Of a stretch of 64,000 nucleotides of DNA, positions 30,584 to 41,977 are shown one piece after another. Within the stretch, counting starts at the first letter, position 1. Every line of letters begins with the position of its first letter. Position numbers and translations under genes: made by a program. This stretch comes from an uncultured cyanobacterium (GTDB lineage Bacteria > Cyanobacteriota > Cyanobacteriia > Cyanobacteriales > CAWUOF01): assembly GCA_963744145.1 (NCBI GenBank), contig CAVUSO010000001.1, positions 7,392,001-7,456,000 on the forward strand, in the 5' to 3' direction. Below the pieces are notes generated by a model that saw nothing but the letters and a program-made list of their open reading frames with translations, was not told the origin of the DNA and ran no database searches.

Positions 30584-32491
30584 ATGATCGCCCCAAATTC
30601 TCCGGATGGTCTGTTACCCGAACAGCCCCAGTTATCTTCCCATCTTTCTCCCCTAACTCGTATTTTCAATCGTTTAGAGCCAACCCCAGAAACAGTCGTG
30701 ATGATCTTGGCTGTTTTGATTGGTGGTAGCACAGGGATGGGTGTGGTCACCTTCCATTATTTAATTGACCTGATCCAAAAGCTTACCCTCGAAGATTTAA
30801 TGGGAGTAATTTCTCCTTGGGGTGCTTGGACTTTAGCTTGTGTCCCGACAGTTGGTGGATTAATTATTGGGTTGATGCGTTGGTATAATCCCGATTTTGG
30901 TCCTGGGATTTCCTCCCTCATTGCTGCGGTCCAACAATCTAAGCGTTCCGCTCCAATTGTACTCAGACCTGTCACCAAAATGGTTGCTGCTTCAGTTTCC
31001 TTGGGCACAGGGGCTTCTTTGGGACCAGAAGGTCCAAGTGTGGAAATAGGTGCTAATTTCGGGATGTTAGTTAGTCTAGCGTTACAAGTATCTCAAGAAA
31101 GGCAACGTTTACTTTTAGGTGCTGGAGCGGCAGCTGGTTTGGCGGCTGGATTTAATGCACCGATCGCTGGAGTTTTTTTTGCTCTAGAAGTAGTCTTGGG
31201 TGCCACATTTGCTACTTCGGCTGTGAGTGTGGTTCTATTAGCAGCAGTGGTTTCGGCTTTAATTGCTCAAATTGGCTTAGGAGCAAAGCCAGCTTTTACC
31301 TTACCTTTATATCTAGTGCGATCGCCCCTAGAATTACCTCTTTATTTAGGGTTAGGGTTATTAGCTAGTTTAGTCGCGATCGCTTATACTCAAGCGATTA
31401 AATTCGCGCAAAGCTGCTTTCATGGTCAAGTTTCTGGATTAAAATGGCTAGCCCAGATTCCTCCATTTATTCATCCAGTAATTGGTGGTGCTTGTATTGG
31501 ATTAGTAGCTTTAAAATTGCCACAAATTCTCGGGATTGGCTATGAAACTATTGCTGCGATGCTCCAAGATGTGGAATTTTCCCTGCAATTATTGCTAATT
31601 TTATTAGTTGTTAAACTATTAATGACAGCGCTGAGTGTGGGGAGCGGATTAGTGGGTGGTATTTTTGCACCCGCGATGTATTTAGGTGCATCGTTAGGTT
31701 CAGCCTATGGAAAAATATTAGCCCTAACTATCCCAGGGATTAGCTCATTTATTGCCGGACCACCAGCTTATGCAATGGTCGGGATGGCAGCGGTATTAGC
31801 AGGAAGTGTCCGGGCTCCTTTAACTGCGATTTTATTACTGTTTGAACTAACTAGAGATTATCGGATTGTTTTACCTTTAATGGCAGCAGTCGGTTTAAGT
31901 GTCTGGTTAGTAGAACGATTAAAACCCATCTCAACTCCCCAAATAAATTTACAACAAATTGGGTTAAATATTGAAACAGATTATCATCGAGAAATATTAG
32001 CAAAAATTCCCGTTGCTACTGCTATGCAACAAAACCCATTATTAATCCCTGATAGTTTTAATATATTAGAAGCTGGTCATGCTTTGGTCAGCGGAAATGA
32101 CCATAGTGGTTTAATTCTTAATGAAGCTAATGAACTGATCGGAATTATCACATTATCCGATATAAATCGCTTGATGAACCATATAAAAACCGATTCTTTA
32201 GGGATAAATTTAGCTGAAAAAAAAGTTAGTGAAATTTGTACTACAGAGATTTTATATGCCTATAAAGATGAAGCAGTTGCTGATGCTTTAGATCGGATGG
32301 TAGCACGAGGATTACATCAATTACCTGTGGTAGAGCGGGAAAATCTTTGTCAAGTTTTAGGTTTATTAGATGAACAAGGAATTAATCTAGCTTGTCAGAT
32401 CGCGATTACTAAAGATGCGATCCAGGGACATTGTTCCTTATCACCTATAGTTGAACAAGTCCCAGCCAAGCCAGTCAAACAAATAGTTTGA
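30584..32491 (+). CDS. ClC-family chloride channel/antiporter with CBS domains
   Basis: GPGIS, GPEGP, FNAPIAG and GGIFAP motifs; C-terminal CBS pair. Confidence 0.93.
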   Translation: MIAPNSPDGLLPEQPQLSSHLSPLTRIFNRLEPTPETVVMILAVLIGGSTGMGVVTFHYLIDLIQKLTLEDLMGVISPWGAWTLACVPTVGGLIIGLMRWYNPDFGPGISSLIAAVQQSKRSAPIVLRPVTKMVAASVSLGTGASLGPEGPSVEIGANFGMLVSLALQVSQERQRLLLGAGAAAGLAAGFNAPIAGVFFALEVVLGATFATSAVSVVLLAAVVSALIAQIGLGAKPAFTLPLYLVRSPLELPLYLGLGLLASLVAIAYTQAIKFAQSCFHGQVSGLKWLAQIPPFIHPVIGGACIGLVALKLPQILGIGYETIAAMLQDVEFSLQLLLILLVVKLLMTALSVGSGLVGGIFAPAMYLGASLGSAYGKILALTIPGISSFIAGPPAYAMVGMAAVLAGSVRAPLTAILLLFELTRDYRIVLPLMAAVGLSVWLVERLKPISTPQINLQQIGLNIETDYHREILAKIPVATAMQQNPLLIPDSFNILEAGHALVSGNDHSGLILNEANELIGIITLSDINRLMNHIKTDSLGINLAEKKVSEICTTEILYAYKDEAVADALDRMVARGLHQLPVVERENLCQVLGLLDEQGINLACQIAITKDAIQGHCSLSPIVEQVPAKPVKQIV

Positions 32492-32576
32492 ATATTCATT
32501 TAAAGGCTGCTATATTTAGGATGATTGTTTTTCCATTTATCAAATATTCAGTTCAGATAAATACGGGTTTATAATT

Positions 32577-33221
32577 ATGAACAATGGCAGAAAAACCTAT
32601 GATCAGATAGCCGGACAAAGCACTCATCGAATAGAAGCTATTAGCGATGGAGTTTTTGCCATTGCTCTAACATTGCTCTGTCTAGATTTAAAAGTTCCTA
32701 TTAGCACCACAATCAATAGCGAAGTACAACTGTTTACATCCTTGGTCAGTTTAACTCCAAAATTCTTGAGCTACTTTTTAAGTTTTATGACTCTCGGTAT
32801 TTATTGGACAGGACATTCAACCCAATTTCACTACATTAAGAAAAGCGATCGACATCTGAATTGGATTTCATTATTTTTCCTAATGTTTGTTACTGTTCTT
32901 CCTTTCACAACAGCTTTTTTAAGTGAGTATATTAATTTTAAGCTGGCAATTGGACTATATTGGCTGAACATTTTTTCTCTCGGATTAATGCTTTACCTTC
33001 ATTGGGAATATGCCGATCGACATAATTATATTAAAATTTCAGGTTATGAAAAAGATTTAATTAGTCACGCAATTAAAGAAAGAATAATTGTATCTCAGAC
33101 TCTCTACGCTAGTGGAGCATTACTATGTTTTGTCAATACTTACTTAAGTGTAATTGTCATTGTTCTAATTCAACTCAACTATGCGTTAGGATTGTCCCAT
33201 AATTCCAATAAAAAAACCTGA
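32577..33221 (+). CDS. TMEM175 family potassium channel (DUF1211)
   Basis: RIEAISDGVFAIALTLL and LPFTT motifs. Confidence 0.9.
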   Translation: MNNGRKTYDQIAGQSTHRIEAISDGVFAIALTLLCLDLKVPISTTINSEVQLFTSLVSLTPKFLSYFLSFMTLGIYWTGHSTQFHYIKKSDRHLNWISLFFLMFVTVLPFTTAFLSEYINFKLAIGLYWLNIFSLGLMLYLHWEYADRHNYIKISGYEKDLISHAIKERIIVSQTLYASGALLCFVNTYLSVIVIVLIQLNYALGLSHNSNKKT

Positions 33222-33262
33222 TATAATATAAATCAATGTTGTTTATACCAGAGGCAATCATC

Positions 33263-33559
33263 ATGTTATCAACTGATATTAGACCAGAATCAATGCTGAA
33301 GAGAATTGAGGAAGTTGTTTCTGTTTTAATGGAAGAACGTCCTTTTTTTAAAGAGGATCTTAATTATTCAGAAATCGTGAAACATTTAGCACAACTATTT
33401 CAAAAAAATTTACCTGTTGAAGAATTTAACACCATGTTAGATCCAGAACTAAAAGAGCATTGTAGCTTTATTATGGCAACCGAAATATTAACAAAGATTG
33501 GAGCAGATTTCACTCCTGAACAAATGGATATTTTTGATGAAGCAATCAAGCGGAAATAA
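33263..33559 (+). CDS. Hypothetical protein, probable antitoxin for the downstream PIN gene
   Basis: Acidic small ORF with a GAGG RBS, abutting the PIN gene; C-terminus FTPEQMDIFDEAIKRK. Confidence 0.55.
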   Translation: MLSTDIRPESMLKRIEEVVSVLMEERPFFKEDLNYSEIVKHLAQLFQKNLPVEEFNTMLDPELKEHCSFIMATEILTKIGADFTPEQMDIFDEAIKRK

Positions 33560-33775
33560 GTGATGATGGGTGATTTATTAGATACTAATATTGTTTCTTT
33601 TTTGATTAAGCGTAATCTCCAAATTTATCAAAGGATTGAAGATCTTAAAGCTCAACGAAAAAGTATATTTATTAGCTGTGTTACTTATTTTGATGCTATG
33701 GTTAAAGGTTTAATTGTGGTTTCTAATGATAGTGATTTATCCAGAGTTGAGGGTTTAAGTTTAGAAAATTGGTGA
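33560..33775 (+). pseudogene. VapC/PIN toxin with an internal deletion
   Basis: LLDTNIVS...ISCVTYF is joined directly to AMVKGLIVVSNDSDLSRVEGLSLENW; the central PIN segment is missing. Confidence 0.8.
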
Positions 33776-33852
33776 GAATTATAAAATTTATAGGATCAGG
33801 ATTAGATGGGATTTTATCTAATTATTTAGGCGATCGCCAAACCAAGAGAAAT

Positions 33853-33990
33853 ATGAGTGAATATTTTAATGTAAATTGAAAAAGATTCGGATGGGTATTT
33901 AGTAGCTTCTGTACCCACATGAAAAGGATGTCACACTCAAGCACGAATTTTTAATGAATTAATCGAAGGAATAAAAGATGCTATAGACAA
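33853..33990 (+). pseudogene. HicB/UPF0150 antitoxin remnant
   Basis: MSEYFNV, frameshift, IEKDSDGYLVASVPT, stop, KGCHTQARIFNELIEGIKDAI. Confidence 0.75.
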
Positions 33991-33997
33991 ATACTAA

Positions 33998-34588
33998 TTA
34001 ACTCATTAAAACAGATAAAGCTAATACTCCTTCATTAGTCCAATCGGAAACAATATTATCAACTAACCAATATTCTTTAAATTGTTTAAACCCTTTAGGT
34101 TGTCTTGAATAAGTTAGATTATTATTGATAGTTTTCTTTAAAAATTCCTCAATTTGTTCTATTCTAACATTCACTGTTTCATCTCTTTTATAAGCAGGAA
34201 CAGATGCAGCAAAAGTTAAAACAAGAATCGCATTACTCCAAATCTTTGAACCTAGTTTTTCTGTTAATAATTTCAAGGTTCTTTTTTCATCTGGACGAAA
34301 ACGAGTATCATCTAAGCGAGTTATATATAACAAGGAATAAACTTCATTCAAATTAACCTTTGAACGAATTATAGATAAATATCGTTCATCGGTCAATGAA
34401 TCATCTTCAGCTAAACCCGGTGTGTCAATTAAGGAAATATTACCTAAAGAACTATTATAAGCATAATGCTCGACAATTTTAGTACAGGCTTCATATTCTG
34501 AAGTCTCAGCAATATACTTACCAAAAGTTGTATTAATAAAACTGGATTTCCCCATTCCAGTTCGTCCAACTAATAGATATTTACGCAT
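33998..34588 (-). CDS. AIG1/Toc34-like TRAFAC GTPase (short partner)
   Basis: GRTGMGKSS, DTPGL, TRLDDTRF and IWSNAILVLTF motifs. Confidence 0.82.
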   Translation of the reverse strand: MRKYLLVGRTGMGKSSFINTTFGKYIAETSEYEACTKIVEHYAYNSSLGNISLIDTPGLAEDDSLTDERYLSIIRSKVNLNEVYSLLYITRLDDTRFRPDEKRTLKLLTEKLGSKIWSNAILVLTFAASVPAYKRDETVNVRIEQIEEFLKKTINNNLTYSRQPKGFKQFKEYWLVDNIVSDWTNEGVLALSVLMS

Positions 34589-34590
34589 TT

Positions 34591-35658
34591 TTATCGGCCA
34601 AAAATTGAGCCCAAAAATCCTACTGCTACACCAACAGCACCTCCCACAGCAGCACCAACTGGACCAGCTACTGCTCCAATAGCAGCCCCTATACCAGCAT
34701 AAACAAGTGTCTTACCTGCTGTCTTCAAGGTTTTATTTTGAATTAAATCAGCTTGTCTGTGGGTAAGTTCAATGTCTTGATCATAACTAGGCTTTGTAGG
34801 GGGTGGATAACTCGACACGTAATTGTCTATAAAAACATTAATTTTTTTTCTTGTTTTAGATGATTTATTTGGATCAACGATGTCTTGATCATAACGAGGC
34901 TTTGTGGAAGGGTCAACAATTTCTTTTTCTTTTTCAGGTGGTTTAATGCGATCAATTGTTGACATTAAGAAGGCTGCTCTACCTTCTTCTGATAATCTGC
35001 AATAAACTTGAGTAAATAATTCTCCTAACCATTTATTTCCATCTGGAGTGAAACTATTATTATTACTAACCCCAACTGCTGGAACATTATCAGCAATTAC
35101 TAGACCTGCATATTTAGCAATTTCTTTACGGATAAGATCAGTGCGTTTTTCTAAGGCAATAGGATATTTTTCAGGGCTAAGATTATCAGCAAAAGTAAAA
35201 ACAATAATTGCTTGCTCCCAAATTTTAGCTTTAAAGCATTCAGCAATTAGTTTAATTGCTTTTTTTTCATCTGTTGAAACTCTTGTATCATCTAAACGAG
35301 TAACAAACCACATCGAATCAACCTGCTTGACTTGCGATCGGATCATTTCTAGGTATTTGTAATCATTACCAGCTTCTTCTAAATCATCACATAGTCCTGG
35401 TGTATCAGTTACAACAACTTTTACTCCATTGAACTCACAGTGATAATTTTTGATGTCCATAGTAGTTGGTTCATACTCACCTACTGGGGCGATTTCTTTT
35501 CCCATTAATATGTTAATAGTGCTAGATTTACCTACTCCAGTTTTTCCCACTAAAAGAAATGTGAATGGTTGTCCATTTTGTGCATTAATAAGCTTTTGTG
35601 CCAGTTCTTCTACAAACTGTTTGGCTTGTTTTTCAGCTTCCGAGTCAAATGGTGGCAT
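34591..35658 (-). CDS. AIG1/Toc34-like TRAFAC GTPase with a C-terminal glycine-zipper hydrophobic tail
   Basis: GKTGVGKSS, DTPGL, TRLDDTRV and IWEQAIIVFTF motifs; tail AGIGAAIGAVAGPVGAAVGGAVGVAVGFLG. Confidence 0.85.
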   Translation of the reverse strand: MPPFDSEAEKQAKQFVEELAQKLINAQNGQPFTFLLVGKTGVGKSSTINILMGKEIAPVGEYEPTTMDIKNYHCEFNGVKVVVTDTPGLCDDLEEAGNDYKYLEMIRSQVKQVDSMWFVTRLDDTRVSTDEKKAIKLIAECFKAKIWEQAIIVFTFADNLSPEKYPIALEKRTDLIRKEIAKYAGLVIADNVPAVGVSNNNSFTPDGNKWLGELFTQVYCRLSEEGRAAFLMSTIDRIKPPEKEKEIVDPSTKPRYDQDIVDPNKSSKTRKKINVFIDNYVSSYPPPTKPSYDQDIELTHRQADLIQNKTLKTAGKTLVYAGIGAAIGAVAGPVGAAVGGAVGVAVGFLGSIFGR

Positions 35659-35766
35659 AGTTTTATATGTATTATCAAAATTTGCTTTGCTGTAAGCATC
35701 TATCTCAAATACAAGTATAGACCAATAATTTAGGGATTGTCATCCTAAAAAATCTTATTTATCTAG

Positions 35767-35926
35767 CAATAGGTTTCAGTTAACTGTAGGGGCAAAGCAT
35801 TTCGGCGCATAAATGATGGCTCAAACGCTTGCCCTGAGTTTATCCGATCGTTTACCCTGAGCGCCCTTCGATTTGTCCCTGAGCGCCCTTCGACTACACT
35901 AAGGGACAAGTCTAAGGGCGCTCAAG
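35767..35926 (+). repeat. Truncated B hairpin filled with a pile of degenerate 24-nt elements
   Basis: CAATAGGTTTCAGTTAA-ct-GTAGGGGCAAAGCATTTCGGCG followed by CTTGCCCTGAG, TTTACCCTGAGCG, TTGTCCCTGAGCG and CCCTTCGACTACACTAAGGG fragments; the right stem arm is absent. Confidence 0.8.
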
Positions 35927-36003
35927 AACAATCAGAGGAATAGCCAGATTTATGCAAAGACGCAAGTAGTAAAATATTGTAGCCGACTTATAGCATAATA
36001 TCA

Positions 36004-36645
36004 ATGACAGATCAAGAACTCAACGCTTGCTCACCTATTCCAGTAAATCCAGAATTTTTTAATCCTAACTATTACCTACCCTATGGGCTAGAAATATCTC
36101 ATATCTATCAAGCTATGAATGAATTTATTGATTTTCTAGGATTTATTAATGGTCAACTCAAAACCAAAAATATGTCGCGTTTGGAAAGTTTTTTAATGCC
36201 TGCAAATTTTAGCAGCATGGTAGGCGAATTTATGAATATGAGTATTCCAAAATATTGTCCTAGCCTCGTAAAGAATCAATATCACAATGGTCATCCAGAT
36301 CTGATTCCAGTAAATACTTTTCCTAATAATGCAGTTCAGTATTCAAGCCAAGGTATAGAAGTCAAAGGTTCTAGACATTTAAGGGGTTGGCAAGGGCACA
36401 ATCCTGAATCTGGATGGCTTATGGTTTTCTGTTTTGATAGCAATACATCTAGTGATAACATTAAAAATGTAGAGCCAAAGCCCTTCGTCTTTAGAGCAAT
36501 ATATGCAGCTAAACTTGCTCAAGAGGATTGGATTTTTTCTGGTCGTTCCGTAACTAGTCGTCGGACAATTACAGCAAGTGTTAACAAAAATGGTTTTAAT
36601 AAAATGAAAACTAACTGGATCTATAAAGATCCATTAAATCCGTAA
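36004..36645 (+). CDS. Putative type II restriction endonuclease (PD-(D/E)xK)
   Basis: HNGHPDL...GIEVK motif; convergent with and overlapping the methyltransferase gene. Confidence 0.65.
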   Translation: MTDQELNACSPIPVNPEFFNPNYYLPYGLEISHIYQAMNEFIDFLGFINGQLKTKNMSRLESFLMPANFSSMVGEFMNMSIPKYCPSLVKNQYHNGHPDLIPVNTFPNNAVQYSSQGIEVKGSRHLRGWQGHNPESGWLMVFCFDSNTSSDNIKNVEPKPFVFRAIYAAKLAQEDWIFSGRSVTSRRTITASVNKNGFNKMKTNWIYKDPLNP

Positions 36646-37587
36646 AGGAATTTGATCATCTTCTGTCTGGATCATTGTCAATTTTGGAATCGCAATTTTG
36701 CTTTTTTCAAAGTAGTCTTTATACCTCTCAATGCCAATTCCTTGATATCCAACAGCCTCGGCAGCCGCGATCGTAGAACCAGATCCCATAAAAGGGTCTA
36801 CCACAATACCTTGTCCTAGCGGTAGAGCAGCATAGACAATTTTTCTCAAGAAAGATTGTGGTTTAAGACTAGGATGTTCTACAACACTACGCTCTCTTTG
36901 AGGAGTACGTTCACTAGGAATAACATCCTCAAAAGGATTACCGTCAGGCTTTCTCCTTAAACCTCCTGTTCCAAACTCTTTCAGACAATCACTAACCTTC
37001 ATTCCCTTCAAGAGAGGTTTACGGAAAATCCCCCAAGGTTCAAAACACCCACGAGGCATTGAACACACATCATCAAATTCTTTTTCAGCATTTTTTGGTC
37101 TATCCCCTCCACGTAAAGTTCTGACTAACCGAACAACTGTTCCTCTATACTCAAATCCGCCATCTATCAATGCTTGAAAAACCAACTGTGAGAGAAATGT
37201 ATTAGATGCAATGAATATATGAGCGCCAGGACACATAGGTCGAATAGCTGCCTTTGTCCATTCCAGAAAAAAACTATTTAAGCTCGTTCTTTCCTTATCA
37301 TTAAGAGCTGTAAAACGTGGCAATGGAGAACGTATATTTCCATCAAACGATGGTGGTATTCGCCAAATTCCTCCCTGGCCATTGTCTTTTTTTTCTAACT
37401 GATCAAAGTCATATTCTTTAACTCCATAAGGAGGATCAGTGACGATCGCATGAATACTATGCTCAGGAACTGCCCTCAGCCATTCAAAACAGTCTGCGTG
37501 TATTGCTAAAGACTGACCATACTCATATACTGAATATTTAAGTGTTAATTGTGTATATTGTTTTAGCACAGACTGCTCACAACTCAA
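36634..37587 (-). CDS. Site-specific DNA methyltransferase (N6-A/N4-C, beta class)
   Basis: Catalytic DPPY precedes HPSLKP and the SAM-binding DPFMGSGST; start uncertain. Confidence 0.9.
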   Translation of the reverse strand: MSCEQSVLKQYTQLTLKYSVYEYGQSLAIHADCFEWLRAVPEHSIHAIVTDPPYGVKEYDFDQLEKKDNGQGGIWRIPPSFDGNIRSPLPRFTALNDKERTSLNSFFLEWTKAAIRPMCPGAHIFIASNTFLSQLVFQALIDGGFEYRGTVVRLVRTLRGGDRPKNAEKEFDDVCSMPRGCFEPWGIFRKPLLKGMKVSDCLKEFGTGGLRRKPDGNPFEDVIPSERTPQRERSVVEHPSLKPQSFLRKIVYAALPLGQGIVVDPFMGSGSTIAAAEAVGYQGIGIERYKDYFEKSKIAIPKLTMIQTEDDQIPLRI

Positions 37588-37673
37588 AACAAAAATTGAT
37601 GGTGATTAATGATTAGGAGCGTTGAACTTTTTTGCCCACATTATCTTTGTTTTATACAAGATAAAAAAATACC

Positions 37674-37714
37674 TAAAAAACTTTGGGAGGATGAACATTA
37701 TTCACCCTCCCAAA
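37674..37714 (-). terminator. Putative intrinsic terminator of dnaK
   Basis: TTTGGGAGG...TGAA / TTCA...CCTCCCAAA hairpin, followed by a T-run on the minus strand. Confidence 0.7.
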
Positions 37715-37722
37715 CTTAACCA

Positions 37723-39649
<1,927 letters not shown>

Positions 39650-39818
39650 TTAGGATATATTCACTACGAGGACTAAGGTTTTTGACAACCAGGTTATTTA
39701 CAGATGATGGGAGACAGCCAATTGAGTAGGTCTCTCATCCGCACTCTTGTTCGGATTAAATACGCATTTATATAGAGTGCTAGTCTCTATAGTCTGCGTC
39801 GTTGGCTTTGCCGATGAA

Positions 39819-39834
39819 GGGGTGTTTACCGAAC
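39819..39834 (-). promoter_or_regulatory. K-box-like element upstream of dnaK
   Basis: GTTCGGTAAACACCCC on the minus strand resembles the cyanobacterial dnaK2/groESL K-box (GTTCGG-NNAN-CCNNAC). Confidence 0.5.
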
Positions 39835-40012
39835 CTGATCCAGGACGGTTACACTATTTCTAGAAGTAATTTGACTTCAGTGTGATAATTTTTTGACAAC
39901 TTCAAAATTTCAGGCCAACACCCTTAATATAGGCAGATTCAGCACTCTGCGGCATTCCAGCAAACCGTAAAAACCAGTTGTATTTGCCGTATGAACCTGA
40001 TTTTTCCCTAAA

Positions 40013-41128
40013 TTAGCAGCGATCTAATAAAGATTCGATCGCTTGTAATAGTTGATTTTGGTTCCAGTTTTGATAAAGATGGGCAGCGATCGCACATCCA
40101 CCCGCTCCCATTCCTTCTTTCACAAATCCCCGTTCATATACTTGGAGTTGGGGATAGCGCGAATTAGCAAAATTTAACTGAGTCGCGAGTAAAGGCACCT
40201 GTCCAATTTCCCTAGCTAACCCCACGGTATCACCAGTTGGATCTTCAGCTACCCAGCGAGTTGTACCCACCACAACTTTTTCTGGATACCATTCTAAAGA
40301 ATAATAATTAGCGATCGCTCGACTCAAAGCATAAACCGCTAACATTTGTGTCCCACCAGCTAACAATACTCCGACCTTCCGACTCGCAGCGATCGCCATT
40401 CCTGCTATAGTGATTTGCATGGGATCGCCTACTGCTGCTACTAAAGATAATGGTTCGATCAGAGAAATAGAGTTGTTATTTTCCCCATCTAATCCTAAAA
40501 ATCCCGCCGCTTGTAATCCCGTTTTCACTAATTCCCATTTTTGAGCATGATTACAATTAGGGTGACTACTATTAACTTTACCAATGGCATTAAATCCTAA
40601 CCCAGTTAAAACTGCTAAGGCGGTAGTAGTACCCCCAACTACACATTCACCGCAAATTAAATAGCCATTTTCATTACTAGCAGCTAATTGTTCTCCCCAG
40701 CATAAACCCTGGCTCAGTAAATGATTGACTACCCCCAATTCCAAAGCTTTTCCTGTAGTTAGACATTGCGCGGGTGTACCTCCTAAATCAATTGCAGGTA
40801 CAACTGGATGAATCGGTAACCCAGCATTAAAAATTTTGACTGGAATTCCAAGATCCTCAACTACAGCACGGGAAATCAGAACTGGTGAAACCCCTACATT
40901 CAGGGGAGGTAAAGGATATTTTGGGGCAATCTCCGGACCTTGAACTAAAAACTCCGCATCCGCGATCGCTGTATATTGCCGATCATCAGGAGTCGCTCCT
41001 GCTGCGGAAATCCCAGGAATTAATCCTGTGTGAGTAAATCCTAATACACAAACAAATAATGGCGATCTTCCTTGATAATATCGCCACCATGCACTACCTA
41101 AATTAACTTGGGTATAGACTCGAATCAT
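40013..41128 (-). CDS. cobT: Nicotinate mononucleotide-dependent phosphoribosyltransferase CobT
   Basis: PGISAAG, GECVVGGTTTA, LAGGTQM and VKEGMGAGG motifs. Confidence 0.9.
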   Translation of the reverse strand: MIRVYTQVNLGSAWWRYYQGRSPLFVCVLGFTHTGLIPGISAAGATPDDRQYTAIADAEFLVQGPEIAPKYPLPPLNVGVSPVLISRAVVEDLGIPVKIFNAGLPIHPVVPAIDLGGTPAQCLTTGKALELGVVNHLLSQGLCWGEQLAASNENGYLICGECVVGGTTTALAVLTGLGFNAIGKVNSSHPNCNHAQKWELVKTGLQAAGFLGLDGENNNSISLIEPLSLVAAVGDPMQITIAGMAIAASRKVGVLLAGGTQMLAVYALSRAIANYYSLEWYPEKVVVGTTRWVAEDPTGDTVGLAREIGQVPLLATQLNFANSRYPQLQVYERGFVKEGMGAGGCAIAAHLYQNWNQNQLLQAIESLLDRC

Positions 41129-41929
41129 CTAATCTTGATCATAATCCATTAAAACTTGCACCCATCCAGGTGGAGGAGGAATGGGATTGCCCAAACGTTC
41201 TAACAGCAACCAAGATACTAAATGAACAGCAAACAAATAAATAATATTATTTAAAAGCACTATTCCGATAGCTAGGAGCTGGATTACGAACAAACTCGGT
41301 ACAGACAACCATCCTAGTTTAGTAAACCCCCATTCCCCTACTTCTTTGATTTGGTTGAGCATATAAACCCAGAGGTCTTCTCCTAACATCAGAGAGAGCA
41401 GCCAAATCCGAAAAAAGAAGCCAAAGGAACCGACAATTGTACCTAATGTAATCGTCACCGACCAACTAGCACCACGTTTCCAGAGCCAACCTAACAATAC
41501 ACCTAACAAGCCAAAAGGCATCACATATAACAAACTCCGACTTGGACCTAAAAGAACGGAAAGTAACAATCCCGAAACTAAAGCCGACATCCAAGCCGCT
41601 CGATCGCCCCAACGCAAAGACACCAAACTGATTGGTACTGGAAAAAAAATCCGCAGGATTGGTCCGATCGGAAAATAATAGTTTACATACCAAATTAAAC
41701 TCGCGGTACTAGCCAGAAACGCTGTTTCTACCATTCTCAAGGGAGGTGCTACTGTCTGGGAAATGGGAGCAGTAGCAGGTGATCGGTCTGGTAGCAATGA
41801 GTCGGGAGACTGGGACTTGCTACTTTCCGGCTCAATGTCCAAATCATGTCCCCATGAATGAGTGGGTTGATCAATGCCATCAGCATCAGCATGGGGCAAA
41901 TCCTTACGATCGGGAAGGGGATCAGTCAT
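41129..41929 (-). CDS. DUF2232 membrane protein
   Basis: VETAFLASTA motif, multiple TM segments; typical neighbour of cobT and crp in cyanobacteria. Confidence 0.82.
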   Translation of the reverse strand: MTDPLPDRKDLPHADADGIDQPTHSWGHDLDIEPESSKSQSPDSLLPDRSPATAPISQTVAPPLRMVETAFLASTASLIWYVNYYFPIGPILRIFFPVPISLVSLRWGDRAAWMSALVSGLLLSVLLGPSRSLLYVMPFGLLGVLLGWLWKRGASWSVTITLGTIVGSFGFFFRIWLLSLMLGEDLWVYMLNQIKEVGEWGFTKLGWLSVPSLFVIQLLAIGIVLLNNIIYLFAVHLVSWLLLERLGNPIPPPPGWVQVLMDYDQD

Positions 41930-41977
41930 TTAAGTTTCAAACAACAGCGGTGCAACCAAGTAGATAGCAGATTGAAA

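Noticed and set aside
39771..39791. CIRCE element upstream of dnaK
   Set aside because: Only a GAGTGCTA half-site inside a different short palindrome (TATAGAG-N7-CTCTATA); no TTAGCACTC-N9-GAGTGCTAA.
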